This document shows positions 50,074 through 60,115 of a stretch of 64,000 nucleotides of DNA, in pieces. The position numbers and the translations under genes were made by a program. The notes below the pieces were generated by a model, which was not told the DNA's origin, made no database searches, and saw nothing but the letters and a program-made list of their open reading frames with translations. This stretch comes from Acidobacteriota bacterium (GTDB lineage: Bacteria; Acidobacteriota; UBA6911; RPQK01; JAJDTT01). How positions within the stretch are numbered: position 1 is the stretch's first letter; each line of letters begins with the position of its first letter. The DNA lies in assembly GCA_965209055.1 (NCBI GenBank), contig OZ242374.1, forward strand, positions 3,136,001 to 3,200,000. Reading direction: 5' to 3'.

Positions 50074-50357
50074 TCCCCTTGCGGGTCAGGCGCGGCGTCT
50101 TTCGAGGCACCGACTGGGACCGGCGGCTTTCCAGCCGCCGGTCCCAGTGCAACAACCCATCCAAGGGCCAACGGACAACCTCCCCTGCATCAAAAAACAC
50201 CCAACCGATAATCGCCCCGTCCATCCCTCAGAATCGGCCCGCCCACGTGGGTCGTCTTGAACAAAGCTCGGGCGGCCTGGAAAATAGGTGAAGAGCCACA
50301 CGATCACCCGGAAGTTTCGCCAGATACTCCGGGAGGAGGCGCGCAACCGTCGAGACC

Positions 50358-50864
50358 ATGAAATATATCGAAGCCAACCTGACGGCAAACGAAACGATTC
50401 TCGCCTATGCCCGCGTGCATTGGTTCGTATACGTTTCCGGAGTCGTGACCGGTCTGGTGGGGTCGGTGTTTCTGTTTCTGACATGGGACCTCGCACGGGG
50501 CAAGCCGCCCAGCGCCGGTCCCTATCTGATTTTCGGCGTAGTCGGCTCCTGGCTCATCATCGTCGCCGTCTACAAGCTTCTCAGGGCGTGGTTACGCGTG
50601 AGGTTTACGGAGGTGGCCGTCACTTCCCAAAGGGTGGTGGCAAAGTTCGGATGGATCAGGCACCGGACGGTGGAGCTCAACCACAACATGGTGGAGAGCA
50701 TCACGGTCTACCAGGGTCTGATGGGACGCCTATTCAACTTCGGCACCCTGACCATACGCGGCACGGGCGGAGGGCAAACGCCTGTTCCCACCATCGCTCA
50801 CCCACTCGAGTTCCGGAAAGTCGTCACCGAACAGATCACAAGGGCATCCGGCGTGGAGCCGTAA
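50358..50864 (+). CDS. Membrane protein with bacterial PH domain
   Basis: Two TM helices, [30 protein letters not shown]. Confidence 0.85.
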   Translation: MKYIEANLTANETILAYARVHWFVYVSGVVTGLVGSVFLFLTWDLARGKPPSAGPYLIFGVVGSWLIIVAVYKLLRAWLRVRFTEVAVTSQRVVAKFGWIRHRTVELNHNMVESITVYQGLMGRLFNFGTLTIRGTGGGQTPVPTIAHPLEFRKVVTEQITRASGVEP

Positions 50865-50912
50865 CTCCCCGTTGCCACCGCTCGAAACCGGTAACCGCGT
50901 GCAGGAAGGAAG

Positions 50913-50989
<77 letters not shown>

Positions 50990-51115
50990 GCCGACGGGCC
51001 GCTTGGACCCGGACGAGTAATATCCCCCATTTCTTCTGTCCCGTCTACTCCGGATTCGCCGTCCCGACCACTCGGAAAACACGGATAAGACAGTTCTTTG
51101 TGATAGTTTAGCGCC

Positions 51116-51883
51116 ATGGACGAACGAGAACGCCGCCTGGCCCTTTTCCTCGACCTGGAGAACTTGGCCCTGGGCTTCGAGAAGGGCCGAAACCGTTCCC
51201 GGTTCCGCATCGACAAGGTGCTGGAACGGTTGGTGGAAAAGGGAAAGATCCTGGTCAAGGAAGCGTACGCCGACTGGTCCCGGTTCTCCGAGTACAAGGC
51301 GGAGCTGCACGAGTCCGCCTTCGAGCTCATCGACATCCCCAAGCGGAGCCGGACGGGCAAGAACTCGGCCGACATCCGGCTCTGCGTGGACGCCATGGAC
51401 CTCTGCTTTTCCAAGGATCACATCGACACCTTCGTCATCCTCTCCGGGGACAGCGACTTCTCCCCCCTGGCTTCCAAGCTGAAGGAAAACGGCAAGTACG
51501 TCATCGGACTGGGAACCCAGGGCAGCACTTCCCAGATGCTGGTGGACAACTGCGACGAGTTCATCTTCTACGAGGAGCTGGACGAGGTCGCCACGCGGCC
51601 GCCGCGTCTGAACGCCAGGATCGCCAAGGACAAACGTCCCGCCTTCCAGCTCCTGATCGAGTCGATCCTGGCGCTGATGCGCGAGAACAAGGACGTGATC
51701 TACTCCTCCATGGTCAAGCAGACCATGAAGCGGAAACAGCCCGCCTTCAACGAATCCCGGTTCGGCTACCGGACCTTTTCGGCCCTCCTGGAAGACGCCT
51801 CCAAGTTCAACCTGGTGGTTCTGGGGGAAGACGCCCGAAGCGGCACCTACGTGGTCCGGGGATTCGGAAAAAACTCCGGCTGA
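51116..51883 (+). CDS. NYN-domain (LabA/DUF88) protein with C-terminal OST-HTH/LOTUS
   Basis: LFLDLEN, AYADW, GKNSADI, SGDSDF, CDEFIFY, FNE..FGYRTFS.LL. Confidence 0.9.
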   Translation: MDERERRLALFLDLENLALGFEKGRNRSRFRIDKVLERLVEKGKILVKEAYADWSRFSEYKAELHESAFELIDIPKRSRTGKNSADIRLCVDAMDLCFSKDHIDTFVILSGDSDFSPLASKLKENGKYVIGLGTQGSTSQMLVDNCDEFIFYEELDEVATRPPRLNARIAKDKRPAFQLLIESILALMRENKDVIYSSMVKQTMKRKQPAFNESRFGYRTFSALLEDASKFNLVVLGEDARSGTYVVRGFGKNSG

Positions 51884-51943
51884 GATTTTGCCGCCCCCGA
51901 GTTGTGGGTTAGCGTTCCCGCACCTTTTCGCGAAAACCTCCGA

Positions 51944-52390
51944 ATGAGAATCGTCCAGGTCACCGCCGTCACCCCGGAGATCGTCGAGTCCATCGGCCGG
52001 CTGATCCCCCAACTTTCCACCTCGGCCCCCATTCCCACCGCCAATCAACTCGAAAACCTGGTCGCCAGCGACGCCGCCCAACTACTCATCGCACATGACC
52101 CGGACCGAGAGGACCGCATCGTCGGAACCCTGACCCTGGTCCTCTACCGCATTCCCACCGGCGTGCGAGCCTGGATCGAGGACGTGGTGGTGGACGAGCC
52201 GGCTCGACGATGCGGCGTCGGCGAACTCCTCTGCCGCGCCGCCATCGACCGGGCCCGGTCCGCCGGCGCTCGAAACGTGGACCTCACCTCCCGCTCCGAA
52301 CGCAAAGCCGCCAACCGCCTCTACCGGCGACTCGGTTTCTCGTTACGGCACACGAACCTCTACCGCTACTCGTTGGAGCAATCCGAATAG
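51944..52390 (+). CDS. GNAT acetyltransferase
   Basis: IEDVVVD..ARRCGVG, LTS...R.AANRLY..LGF. Confidence 0.88.
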   Translation: MRIVQVTAVTPEIVESIGRLIPQLSTSAPIPTANQLENLVASDAAQLLIAHDPDREDRIVGTLTLVLYRIPTGVRAWIEDVVVDEPARRCGVGELLCRAAIDRARSAGARNVDLTSRSERKAANRLYRRLGFSLRHTNLYRYSLEQSE

Positions 52391-52436
52391 CCGCGCCCGA
52401 AGTGAGCCCGCAGCGGCGACTTTCGTGTCGGTAATT

Positions 52437-52567
52437 GGGAGGGCGATTTCCAATCGCCCGGTTTCCCTCGTACGCGACGTCCAAAGAATCGGCGGTTAGG
52501 AAACCGCCGTTCCTGTCCGGCGGCAAGGATGCCGCCGCTCCTCCGGCGGTTAGGAAACCGCCGCTCC
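52437..52567. repeat. GGAG-foot REP cluster
   Basis: GGAGGGCGATTTCCAATCGCCC and GGCGGTTAGGAAACCGCC x2. Confidence 0.8.
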
Positions 52568-52709
52568 GCTCCTGCTGGAGGCGGCCTCCCAGCCCTCAAT
52601 CTCTCCCCTCTTTGCAGGCGACGGAGGCGCGCCAGTATAATCCCGGCGACCCTGGCTCCGGCCGGTCCGGAGCCTTTCATCCACCCATGACTCAGACAGG
52701 TGTGAACCC

Positions 52710-53795
52710 ATGACCGACACCCTCAAACTCGCAGTGATCCCCGGCGACGGAACCGGCCCCGAAGTCACCACCGAGGCCCTCAAAGTCCTGGAAGCAGTCG
52801 CCCCCCTGGAAAACGTCCGCTACGACCGGGTCGACTTCGACTACGGCGGCGACCGCTATCTCGCCACCGGCGAGATCATCACGGAAGCCCAGATCGACGA
52901 GCTGGGCCAGTTCGACGCCATCTACCTGGGCGCCATCGGACACCCGGACGTCACCCCCGGCGTGCTGGAGAAGGGGCTCCTGCTCACCGTCCGCTTCCAG
53001 CTCGACCAGTACATCAACTTCCGCCCCGTCCGCCTCTACCCCGGCGTCGACTGCCCCCTCAAGGACAAGGGACCCGAACACATCCGTTTCGACGTGGTCC
53101 GCGAAAACACCGAGGATCTCTACTGCGGCGCCGGCGGCTTCCTGCGCAAGAACACCCCCCAGGAGGTGGCCACGCAGGAGATGATCGCCACCCGGTACGG
53201 GGCCGAACGCTGCCTGCGCTGGGCCTTCAACCACTGCATCAGCCGGCAGGACCGCCTGCGCCTCACGCTGGTCCACAAGACCAACGTCCTGACCTTTGCC
53301 GCCGACCTGTGGGAACGGGCCTTCCACGAAATCGGAGAAGCTGAGTTTCCCCAGGTCAACCGCGACTACAACCACATCGACGCCGCCTGCATGTGGTTCG
53401 TCAAGAACCCCGAGTACTACGACACCATCGTGGTCCCCAACATGTTCGGGGACATCATCACCGACATTGGCGCCATGATTCAGGGAGGCCTGGGCGTGGC
53501 CGCCGGGGGCAACATCAACCCGGAGCCGGGCGGCTGCAGCATGTTCGAGTGCATGGGCGGCTCGGCGCCCAAGTACACGGGGCAGAGCGTCATCAACCCC
53601 ATCGCCGCCATCGCCGCCATGGGCATGTTGTTGAGGGTCCTGGGAGACCAGAAGGACCAGCCCAACCTGGTACGCGCCGGAAAGCGGGTGGACGCCGCCG
53701 TCGGCCGGACCACTCCCAAGATGAAGAGCATGTCCGCCGGCCGGATGGGCTACACCACCACCGAGGTCGGAGACCTGGTCGCCGAGGCCTTGTAG
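52710..53795 (+). CDS. leuB: 3-isopropylmalate dehydrogenase
   Basis: IPGDGTGPEV, NFRP, VRENTEDLY, HKTNVL, NMFGDIITD, GSAP..., INPIAAI. Confidence 0.88.
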   Translation: MTDTLKLAVIPGDGTGPEVTTEALKVLEAVAPLENVRYDRVDFDYGGDRYLATGEIITEAQIDELGQFDAIYLGAIGHPDVTPGVLEKGLLLTVRFQLDQYINFRPVRLYPGVDCPLKDKGPEHIRFDVVRENTEDLYCGAGGFLRKNTPQEVATQEMIATRYGAERCLRWAFNHCISRQDRLRLTLVHKTNVLTFAADLWERAFHEIGEAEFPQVNRDYNHIDAACMWFVKNPEYYDTIVVPNMFGDIITDIGAMIQGGLGVAAGGNINPEPGGCSMFECMGGSAPKYTGQSVINPIAAIAAMGMLLRVLGDQKDQPNLVRAGKRVDAAVGRTTPKMKSMSAGRMGYTTTEVGDLVAEAL

Positions 53796-53881
53796 AGAAC
53801 CGTCACCACAGGCCGATCGGGCCAAGCGGCTCGCCGCCGGCGTCCGCGGCGTCCCGAAACGCCCCCTGGAGGAACATCGTC

Positions 53882-55387
53882 ATGAGACTCAACCGTTTTC
53901 CCGCCATCCTGGGACTGGCCGCCCTCTTGTCGCTGCCCGCAGCCCTGGCCGGCGACGCCGTCGACATCGGCTCGCGCCGCGAGCTGTTCGTGGATCATCT
54001 GCTGATCGACCGGCTCGTGGGAGCGAGCCTCCGCCTGGGCACGCCGCTGCCGGGCGGGGTGGCCATCCGTTTCGACGATCCGGTGGAAGACTCCACGGCC
54101 TTCTACACCACCATCTTCAAGGACGGCGACCTCTACCGCATGTACTACCGGGGTGCGCTCTTCGAGAGGAAGACCACCTGCTACGCCGAGAGCCGCGACG
54201 GGATCCATTGGACCAAGCCCGACCTGGGACTGGTCTCCATCGACGGCTCCTCCCAAAACCACGTGATCCTGCCCGAGGCGCGCCAGTTCGTCGCCTTCCT
54301 CGACCGGCGGCCGGGCGTACCTGCCTCCGAGCGGTACAAGGGGGTCTCCCGCGGGCCCGTCAATCCCCACGCCCTGGTGGGTTTCCTCTCCGGCGACGGC
54401 ATCCGCTGGCGGAGGCTCCGGGACGAGCCCATCGTGCCCAAGGTCCTGATCAACCACTTCGACTCGCAGAACGTCGCGTTCTGGTCGGAGGCCGAAGAAC
54501 AGTACGTGGTCTACGCCCGGCACATGGAAGGAGGCCGCCGCGCCACGGCGAGGTCCACCTCCGATGACTTCATCAACTGGACTCCCCAGGTCCTCATGAC
54601 CTACGGCGACACGGGCACGACGACTCCCTCGCACCACCTCTACACGAACCAGACCCAGCCCTATTTCCGGGCGCCGCACATCTACATCTCGCTGCCGGCC
54701 CGGATCATCTTCGCCGACCCGCGGCACGTTAAGTCCGACGACGACAAGCAGTTGGCGAGCCAGCGCCAACGCATCATCTCGCCCGAGCTGCGGGACTTCG
54801 TCAAGGAGAACATGCCCCTGATGGGCACCGCGGGGACGGGGGACCACTCCGACGCCGTCCTGCTCACCACGCGGGCGGGCACCACGGTCTACGACTTCAC
54901 CTTCCGGGAGAGCTTCGTGCGGCCCGGAATCGGCGTCAACAACTGGACGACCCGGACCAACTACCCGGCCTGCGGCATCGTCCCCACCGGCGACGGCGAG
55001 ATGTCCTTCTACATGCAGCGGAACTACGGGCAGAAGGGCGCGGCGTACCTGGAACGGATGACCCTGCGCCTGGACGGCTTCGCCAGCCTGAACGCGCCGT
55101 ACGACGGGGGCGAGATGCTCACCAAGCCGTTGCGCTTCAAGGGAAGCCGGCTGGAGATCAACTACGCCACCAGCGCGGCCGGGAGCGTCCGGATCGAAAT
55201 GCAGGACCCCGAGGGCCAGCCGATTCCCGGGTTCACGCTTGAGGATTGTCCCGAGATCATCGGCGACGAGATCCACCGGATCGTCGCCTGGAAGGGAGGC
55301 TCCGACGTGAGCTCCCTCTCCGGCAAGGCGGTGCGGATGCGCGTGGTCCTGAAGGACGCCGACCTCTACTCCATCCGCTTCCACTGA
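53882..55387 (+). CDS. Secreted beta-propeller glycoside-hydrolase-like protein
   Basis: Signal peptide, RELFVD, YAES.DGIHW.KP, S.DGIRW, LRLDGF.SL, DLYS.RF. Confidence 0.75.
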   Translation: MRLNRFPAILGLAALLSLPAALAGDAVDIGSRRELFVDHLLIDRLVGASLRLGTPLPGGVAIRFDDPVEDSTAFYTTIFKDGDLYRMYYRGALFERKTTCYAESRDGIHWTKPDLGLVSIDGSSQNHVILPEARQFVAFLDRRPGVPASERYKGVSRGPVNPHALVGFLSGDGIRWRRLRDEPIVPKVLINHFDSQNVAFWSEAEEQYVVYARHMEGGRRATARSTSDDFINWTPQVLMTYGDTGTTTPSHHLYTNQTQPYFRAPHIYISLPARIIFADPRHVKSDDDKQLASQRQRIISPELRDFVKENMPLMGTAGTGDHSDAVLLTTRAGTTVYDFTFRESFVRPGIGVNNWTTRTNYPACGIVPTGDGEMSFYMQRNYGQKGAAYLERMTLRLDGFASLNAPYDGGEMLTKPLRFKGSRLEINYATSAAGSVRIEMQDPEGQPIPGFTLEDCPEIIGDEIHRIVAWKGGSDVSSLSGKAVRMRVVLKDADLYSIRFH

Positions 55388-55406
55388 CGCGGTGAAGGCG
55401 CCCGAC

Positions 55407-57074
55407 ATGAAGAGACACGGTTTCCTCCTGGCGCTCCTGTTGGTTGCCGTCTCCTGCGGCAGCCCGTCCCAGACCCCGGACATCGCCTCGAAAGGCGGTC
55501 CGAAGAAGGAGCGGAGGATCCTCTACTACGACTCCGCCGCCATCCAGTCGCACAGCTACCTGGACCGGGGGAAGGTGGAGCCGTACATGAGCCTCATCTA
55601 CGACATCAAGACCCACGACGACTTCCTGGACGCCAGCGTGCGCATGGTCAAGGGAACCCAGGTGGACACCTACCTGTGGCACATCGGGAACGGGGCCGAG
55701 CCGCCGTGGAACATTCCCACGGATCTGCTCTGGGACTGTTTCGATTCCTACGAGCAGGTGAACGACATCGTGATCCGGGCCTGCCATGAACAGGGGTTGG
55801 AGGTCTGGGGGTCTCTGCGCATGAGCGATCTTCACGCGGCCTTCCGGTCCCGGACCCTGGAGGAACTGGACGACGTCTACAAGGCGCAGCACCCCGAGCT
55901 GCTGATGGCGCCGATGACGGACCGCCAGCTCCCTTCCGAGCTGACGGAGCAGCGCCTCTGGGTGTCGTTCGACTACACCCATCCGGAGGTCCGCCAGCAT
56001 CGTCTCGACTACATCGCCAGGACCGCCGCGAGACACGATTTCGACGGCTACGAGCTGGACTTCAACCGCATGGGGATCCACTTCCCCATGGGGCAGGGAC
56101 GGCAAAAGGCCCACCTGATGACCGACATGATGCGGCAGATCCGGGAGCGGCTGAACGCCATCGGAGAGGAGCGGGGTCGGCCCTACACCCTGGCGGTCCA
56201 CGTGGTGGATTCCCTGGAGACCAACCTGGAGATCGGTCTGGACGTGGGGGCCTGGGCCCGGGAGGGGCTGGTGGACGTGCTGCTGGTGGGACTTGGATAC
56301 ATGCCCGACCAGTTGGCCATCGGGCAATGGGTGCGCCTGGCCGGGGAGACGGGGGTGCAGGTCTATCCGTCCATCAATCCCAACACCATGCGGGCGGGGG
56401 CCTGGGAGACGTTGCGGGAAAAACCCTCATTCCGCCAGGGAATGCGGGCCTACGCCGACTACTACCTGGACCAGGGCGCCGACGGGATCTACCTGTTCAA
56501 CTTCAGGCACGAGCCGACTCAGCGGCTGACCATGGAGGAGTTCACTGGGGTGCTGAGCGAGTTGGGAGCGCCCGAGACCATGGCCGGCAAGGACAAGGTC
56601 TACGCCCTCAATCCGACGGCGCATAGCGGGGGGCCGTTCTATCACGGCTCGGAGCCGGCGTTGTTGCCCATCGTGCTGGACCGGGTGGAGCGGAAGCTGC
56701 GGCTCCATCTGGGGCCCGCTGTGGAAGACGAGAAGGCCAGCCTGCGGCTGAGCGTCTTCACGGCCAAGGCCGGAAAGGGGACCATTCTCTGGGCGCGTCT
56801 GAATCACACGCTGCTGCCCGAGGCCGAGAGGGAAGGGGACTGGTTCCACTTCCAGGTTCCCACGGGCGTAGCGCGTAGCGGCATGAACGAGGTGGGCCTG
56901 ATCTCGAACGTTCCCGCCGCCGGCCCGTTTGCGGGCCTGATCGGTCCGCCCAATGCTGATCCTGCCGAGTTCCTGAAGCAGGCCTTCGGCCGCGTCAAGA
57001 ACGTCATCCAACGCGAGCAGGACCCAGTCGTGGTCCACCAGATCTTTTTGGAGATCAGCTATCCTGGGAAGTAG
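55407..57074 (+). CDS. Lipoprotein, TIM-barrel glycoside-hydrolase-like
   Basis: Lipobox VAVSC; SLRMSD.H, FDYTHPEVR, DFDGYELDF.R, GADGIYLFN. Confidence 0.75.
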   Translation: MKRHGFLLALLLVAVSCGSPSQTPDIASKGGPKKERRILYYDSAAIQSHSYLDRGKVEPYMSLIYDIKTHDDFLDASVRMVKGTQVDTYLWHIGNGAEPPWNIPTDLLWDCFDSYEQVNDIVIRACHEQGLEVWGSLRMSDLHAAFRSRTLEELDDVYKAQHPELLMAPMTDRQLPSELTEQRLWVSFDYTHPEVRQHRLDYIARTAARHDFDGYELDFNRMGIHFPMGQGRQKAHLMTDMMRQIRERLNAIGEERGRPYTLAVHVVDSLETNLEIGLDVGAWAREGLVDVLLVGLGYMPDQLAIGQWVRLAGETGVQVYPSINPNTMRAGAWETLREKPSFRQGMRAYADYYLDQGADGIYLFNFRHEPTQRLTMEEFTGVLSELGAPETMAGKDKVYALNPTAHSGGPFYHGSEPALLPIVLDRVERKLRLHLGPAVEDEKASLRLSVFTAKAGKGTILWARLNHTLLPEAEREGDWFHFQVPTGVARSGMNEVGLISNVPAAGPFAGLIGPPNADPAEFLKQAFGRVKNVIQREQDPVVVHQIFLEISYPGK

Positions 57075-57239
57075 TCACTCCTCGTCAATCGGTCCTTTTT
57101 CCACGGGCTGGTAGATTGGAGGCTCCCGACCGTCCTCTCACCGAATCTCTCCGCTACCTACCAAGCCCTGATCCAAACCCTGTATTTGGGTCATCCCAAG
57201 ATGTGTTCGTACCCCACCCAAGAAAATGACCCGAAAACC

Positions 57240-57312
57240 TTGACTTGGCCCAAACGAATCTGTTCTAATGTCCAATTATAGGGGGCTGGAGAGGGGTAGG
57301 ACCTCTCCAGCC
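57240..57312 (+). promoter_or_regulatory. Sigma70-like promoter followed by GC-rich leader hairpin
   Basis: TTGACT-18-TCTAAT with upstream TG; stem GGCTGGAGAGG/CCTCTCCAGCC. Confidence 0.45.
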
Positions 57313-57440
57313 TTGAGGTGTCAGGAGTAACGTCACGTTGTGGGTGGCACTCCTGCCCAAAATGGGAGCGGTCCCCATTCGTACGGGGAACCGCTCCCAG
57401 CCTACAATATTCGCTGTGCTTACTTCAACAGGGGGAATCT

Positions 57441-58088
57441 ATGTCTGGAAACGTGCTGCAACGGGCACAGGAACGAAAGTCAGAAATCGAGAAGGAACAG
57501 GTGTCCCTGAAAAACAAGATCGTTGCGCTGAATAATGAACTGGAACACCTAAACTACTTTTTCAACTCCCTTGCTCCATACGCAACCCAAGGAAACGAAC
57601 CGGCACCGAAAATAACTGTGGTGACGGGAACGGTCCAGATCCTGAAACGGGAACAAGGTTACCTCAATGCCCGTCAAGTAACGGACTTCCTGATCGAATT
57701 GGGATATGAAACCTCCGCCAAGTCTCCGATAGAAAGCATCCGAGCCATCCTTTCTGGAGAAGCTAAGAGGGAAACGAACCCAAGAATCATTCGTAAGGAT
57801 ACGTATTACGGACTTCCCGGATGGCTTGATGACCCGTCAATCAAAGTGAGACGATACTCACTTGGCAAAACGGGAATTACTGTAGACGAAGGCGCCAAGT
57901 ACCACGGTTCGATACAACGGGTGGCTGTTTCTCGGATACCCCAGGAAAAGGGGTATCTGAAACTGCGGTTCTGGTTTCACCCGCCTCTACCGTGGCCCCA
58001 CGCTGGGCCGTCTCAAGAGATTATGTTTATGATGCACGAATCTTCGGCAGGCGAATTTGTGCAGCGGCTGAAGACGGCCCTCGACTGA
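57441..58088 (+). CDS. Coiled-coil + winged-HTH-like hypothetical protein
   Basis: Lower GC; N-terminal heptads; QILK....LNARQV..., SIRAILS, YYGLPGW resemble HARE-HTH. Confidence 0.65.
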   Translation: MSGNVLQRAQERKSEIEKEQVSLKNKIVALNNELEHLNYFFNSLAPYATQGNEPAPKITVVTGTVQILKREQGYLNARQVTDFLIELGYETSAKSPIESIRAILSGEAKRETNPRIIRKDTYYGLPGWLDDPSIKVRRYSLGKTGITVDEGAKYHGSIQRVAVSRIPQEKGYLKLRFWFHPPLPWPHAGPSQEIMFMMHESSAGEFVQRLKTALD

Positions 58089-58207
58089 GTTAGGACATTG
58101 GAGACGGAGAATGGACTATATCAACGACTACAGTAAGGCACTTACCGTTTGACCCAACCCCAGCAAGCAGCCATGCGGAAACTCGCGGGAGAAGTGGACG
58201 GTCACCA

Positions 58208-58465
58208 TCACTCAGCAACATGTTGAGCCGCGGCTATCAGTCGGTTCCTGTGCCCAACCACCCTGCGGAAGTCGAACTCGACTTGGAATGCCATGCCAGA
58301 AATCCTCCGACTGGCCGAAGAAGGCGCCAAAACGAATCGACATGGGCGGAGTGATCGACCGCCGGCCAAGGACGATTTCGTTGATCGCCCTCGGGGAGAC
58401 ACCGATGGCACGGGCCATGGCATTCTGTCAAATCCCCATCGGCTTGAGGTCTTCCTCCGCCTATT
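58208..58465 (-). pseudogene. higA: Frameshifted higA antitoxin copy
   Basis: [37 protein letters not shown] identical to 59494-59838 but with frameshifts. Confidence 0.85.
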
Positions 58466-58509
58466 CCACCTTGTAACCCAACCGGGTCCACCCATTCTCC
58501 AGTTTCGCT

Positions 58510-58662
58510 TACGAAATCAGTTTCAATCGGTATTTCTACAAGCCGGAGCCGATGCGGTCCCTGGGAGAGATTCGGGCCGATTTTCTGGCGTTGGAGAAAG
58601 AGACAGAAGGTTGGCTGGCGCAGATGCTGGGTGCCAGCGAAATACCGGAGTCGAGATCATGA
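58510..58662 (+). pseudogene. hsdM: C-terminal fragment of type I R-M methyltransferase
   Basis: Manual translation YEISFNRYFYKPEPMRSLGEIRADFLALEKETEG, a typical HsdM tail. Confidence 0.75.
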
Positions 58663-58871
58663 CCGAAATCATCTTTGAAGTCACCGAGGACGAGGTGGAT
58701 GGCGGGTATTCGGCCAGCGCATTGGGCTACGGCATACACACCCAGGGCAACTCGCTCGAAGAAGTTCGCCGCAACGTCAAGGAAGCGGTGGATTGCTACT
58801 TCGACGACACCATGCCGAGACCGAAGCTGATTCGCCTTCACTTCGTGCGAGACAAGATCCTCATGGCATGA
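58659..58871 (+). CDS. HicB-like antitoxin (followed by a 5-codon HicA stub)
   Basis: IIFEVTEDEVDGGYSASA....IHTQGNSLEEVRRNVKEAVDCYF; ATGA-coupled MKLPR then a REP-like motif. Confidence 0.8.
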   Translation: MTEIIFEVTEDEVDGGYSASALGYGIHTQGNSLEEVRRNVKEAVDCYFDDTMPRPKLIRLHFVRDKILMA

Positions 58872-58993
58872 AATTGCCCCGTCGTGGAGAGGGAGGGAGA
58901 AGGGGACAGTCACCCTTTCTCTCGGTCACCTTCTCTCGCGCGGTTGCAGTTCTCATCAGTGCTGAGATGAGGACAAGGGAACTGAGTTTCGTT

Positions 58994-59263
58994 CTAGCCC
59001 CCTCGTTCCAATTCTGTCTTATCGCGATCGGTACAGGGATCTTTATTAAGCGAATGCTGTGCTTCGTTCCAGTAGATCAGGGCTGCATGAGCCTCCTTCA
59101 ACACCTTCCGGAACCATGACGTGATGATGACCAAGAGGATGAAGGCTCCAATCATGAAGACGACCTGTGCCCCCCCGATAATGACCATCATCTGATCCAT
59201 CACTTCCGACATCTCGGCCAGGGTCTTCTCATCTATTTCTACCTTGTTGGGATGGGGATGCAT
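58994..59263 (-). CDS. Small single-TM protein
   Basis: GAGGAG RBS, one hydrophobic segment. Confidence 0.55.
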   Translation of the reverse strand: MHPHPNKVEIDEKTLAEMSEVMDQMMVIIGGAQVVFMIGAFILLVIITSWFRKVLKEAHAALIYWNEAQHSLNKDPCTDRDKTELERGG

Positions 59264-59493
59264 TGATCGTCTCCTCTCTACGGTTCGGGAGCCAGCCAGT
59301 CCAGAATGATTCCCCGCGCTGATTCCTGCTGTCGTGGGGTGTGTCCTCCGGAAATTCCTAATTCATCGCGTCTGGGAGAGTGAAGGGGGCAGGCACCGTC
59401 TCTCTCGCGACCGGCGCGCGGGATGGGCACAGATCGCAACATCAGTGAGTTGGGGGCAAGTCTTGTAGCAGCGATCCCTATGGCGGCCCTTCG

Positions 59494-59838
59494 TTACCGT
59501 TGACCAGAATTTGGCAAGGGTCGAGCGCCCTGGCGGTCCTTGTTCCGGGCTGCGACCGCCGTAGCAGGTTGAATGCCGGCAATCAGTCGGTTCCTGTCCC
59601 CCGCCAGCTTGCGGAAGTCGCACTCGACTTGGATCCCATGCCAGAATTTGTCCGACTGACCGAAGAAGGCGCCAAAACGAATCGACATGGGCGGAGTGAT
59701 CGACCGTCGACCAAGGACGATTTCATTAATCGCCCTCGGGGAGACACCAATGGCGCGGGCCATTGCATTCTGCGAAATTCCCATGGGCTTGAGGTATTCC
59801 TCAAGCAAAATCTCTCCAGGCGCGATCGGCTCTTTCAT
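59494..59838 (-). CDS. higA: HigA/VapI family antitoxin (HTH)
   Basis: [27 protein letters not shown]...INEIV.GRRSIT...FW. Confidence 0.9.
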   Translation of the reverse strand: MKEPIAPGEILLEEYLKPMGISQNAMARAIGVSPRAINEIVLGRRSITPPMSIRFGAFFGQSDKFWHGIQVECDFRKLAGDRNRLIAGIQPATAVAARNKDRQGARPLPNSGQR

Positions 59839-59844
59839 TCCTCA

Positions 59845-59866
59845 TATCCTATAACGTTATAGGATA
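59845..59866. promoter_or_regulatory. Perfect 22-bp palindrome upstream of higA (candidate operator)
   Basis: TATCCTATAACGTTATAGGATA. Confidence 0.6.
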
Positions 59867-59869
59867 GTT

Positions 59870-59945
59870 GTTCAATGTGAATCTACGATAGCCTTCGATC
59901 GCCACCTGTTCTGGCCCTGCATCGGTCCACCTGAACCCGGATTAT
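59870..59945 (-). pseudogene. higB: higB toxin C-terminal remnant
   Basis: Manual translation FRWTDAGPEQVAIEGY resembles the HigB ending CFRW....EVEIVDYH. Confidence 0.55.
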
Positions 59946-60115
59946 TCACGATTGGGATTCACACAGCTCTTGTTCGGTCCGAACACGGGCATCGGACCGC
60001 CTCAATCCGATCCTCGTCTGAACCTGCTTCCCCTGTTCTCGTGACGCTACGAAAAGTGGGGGAAGTCCTGATCCTTCGATCACTGCTTCCTCCAGATGGC
60101 TCGTGATGAACTCCT

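Noticed and set aside
59946-60115. C-terminal extension of the helicase as a real domain
   Set aside because: Results from a frameshift reading into downstream remnants.
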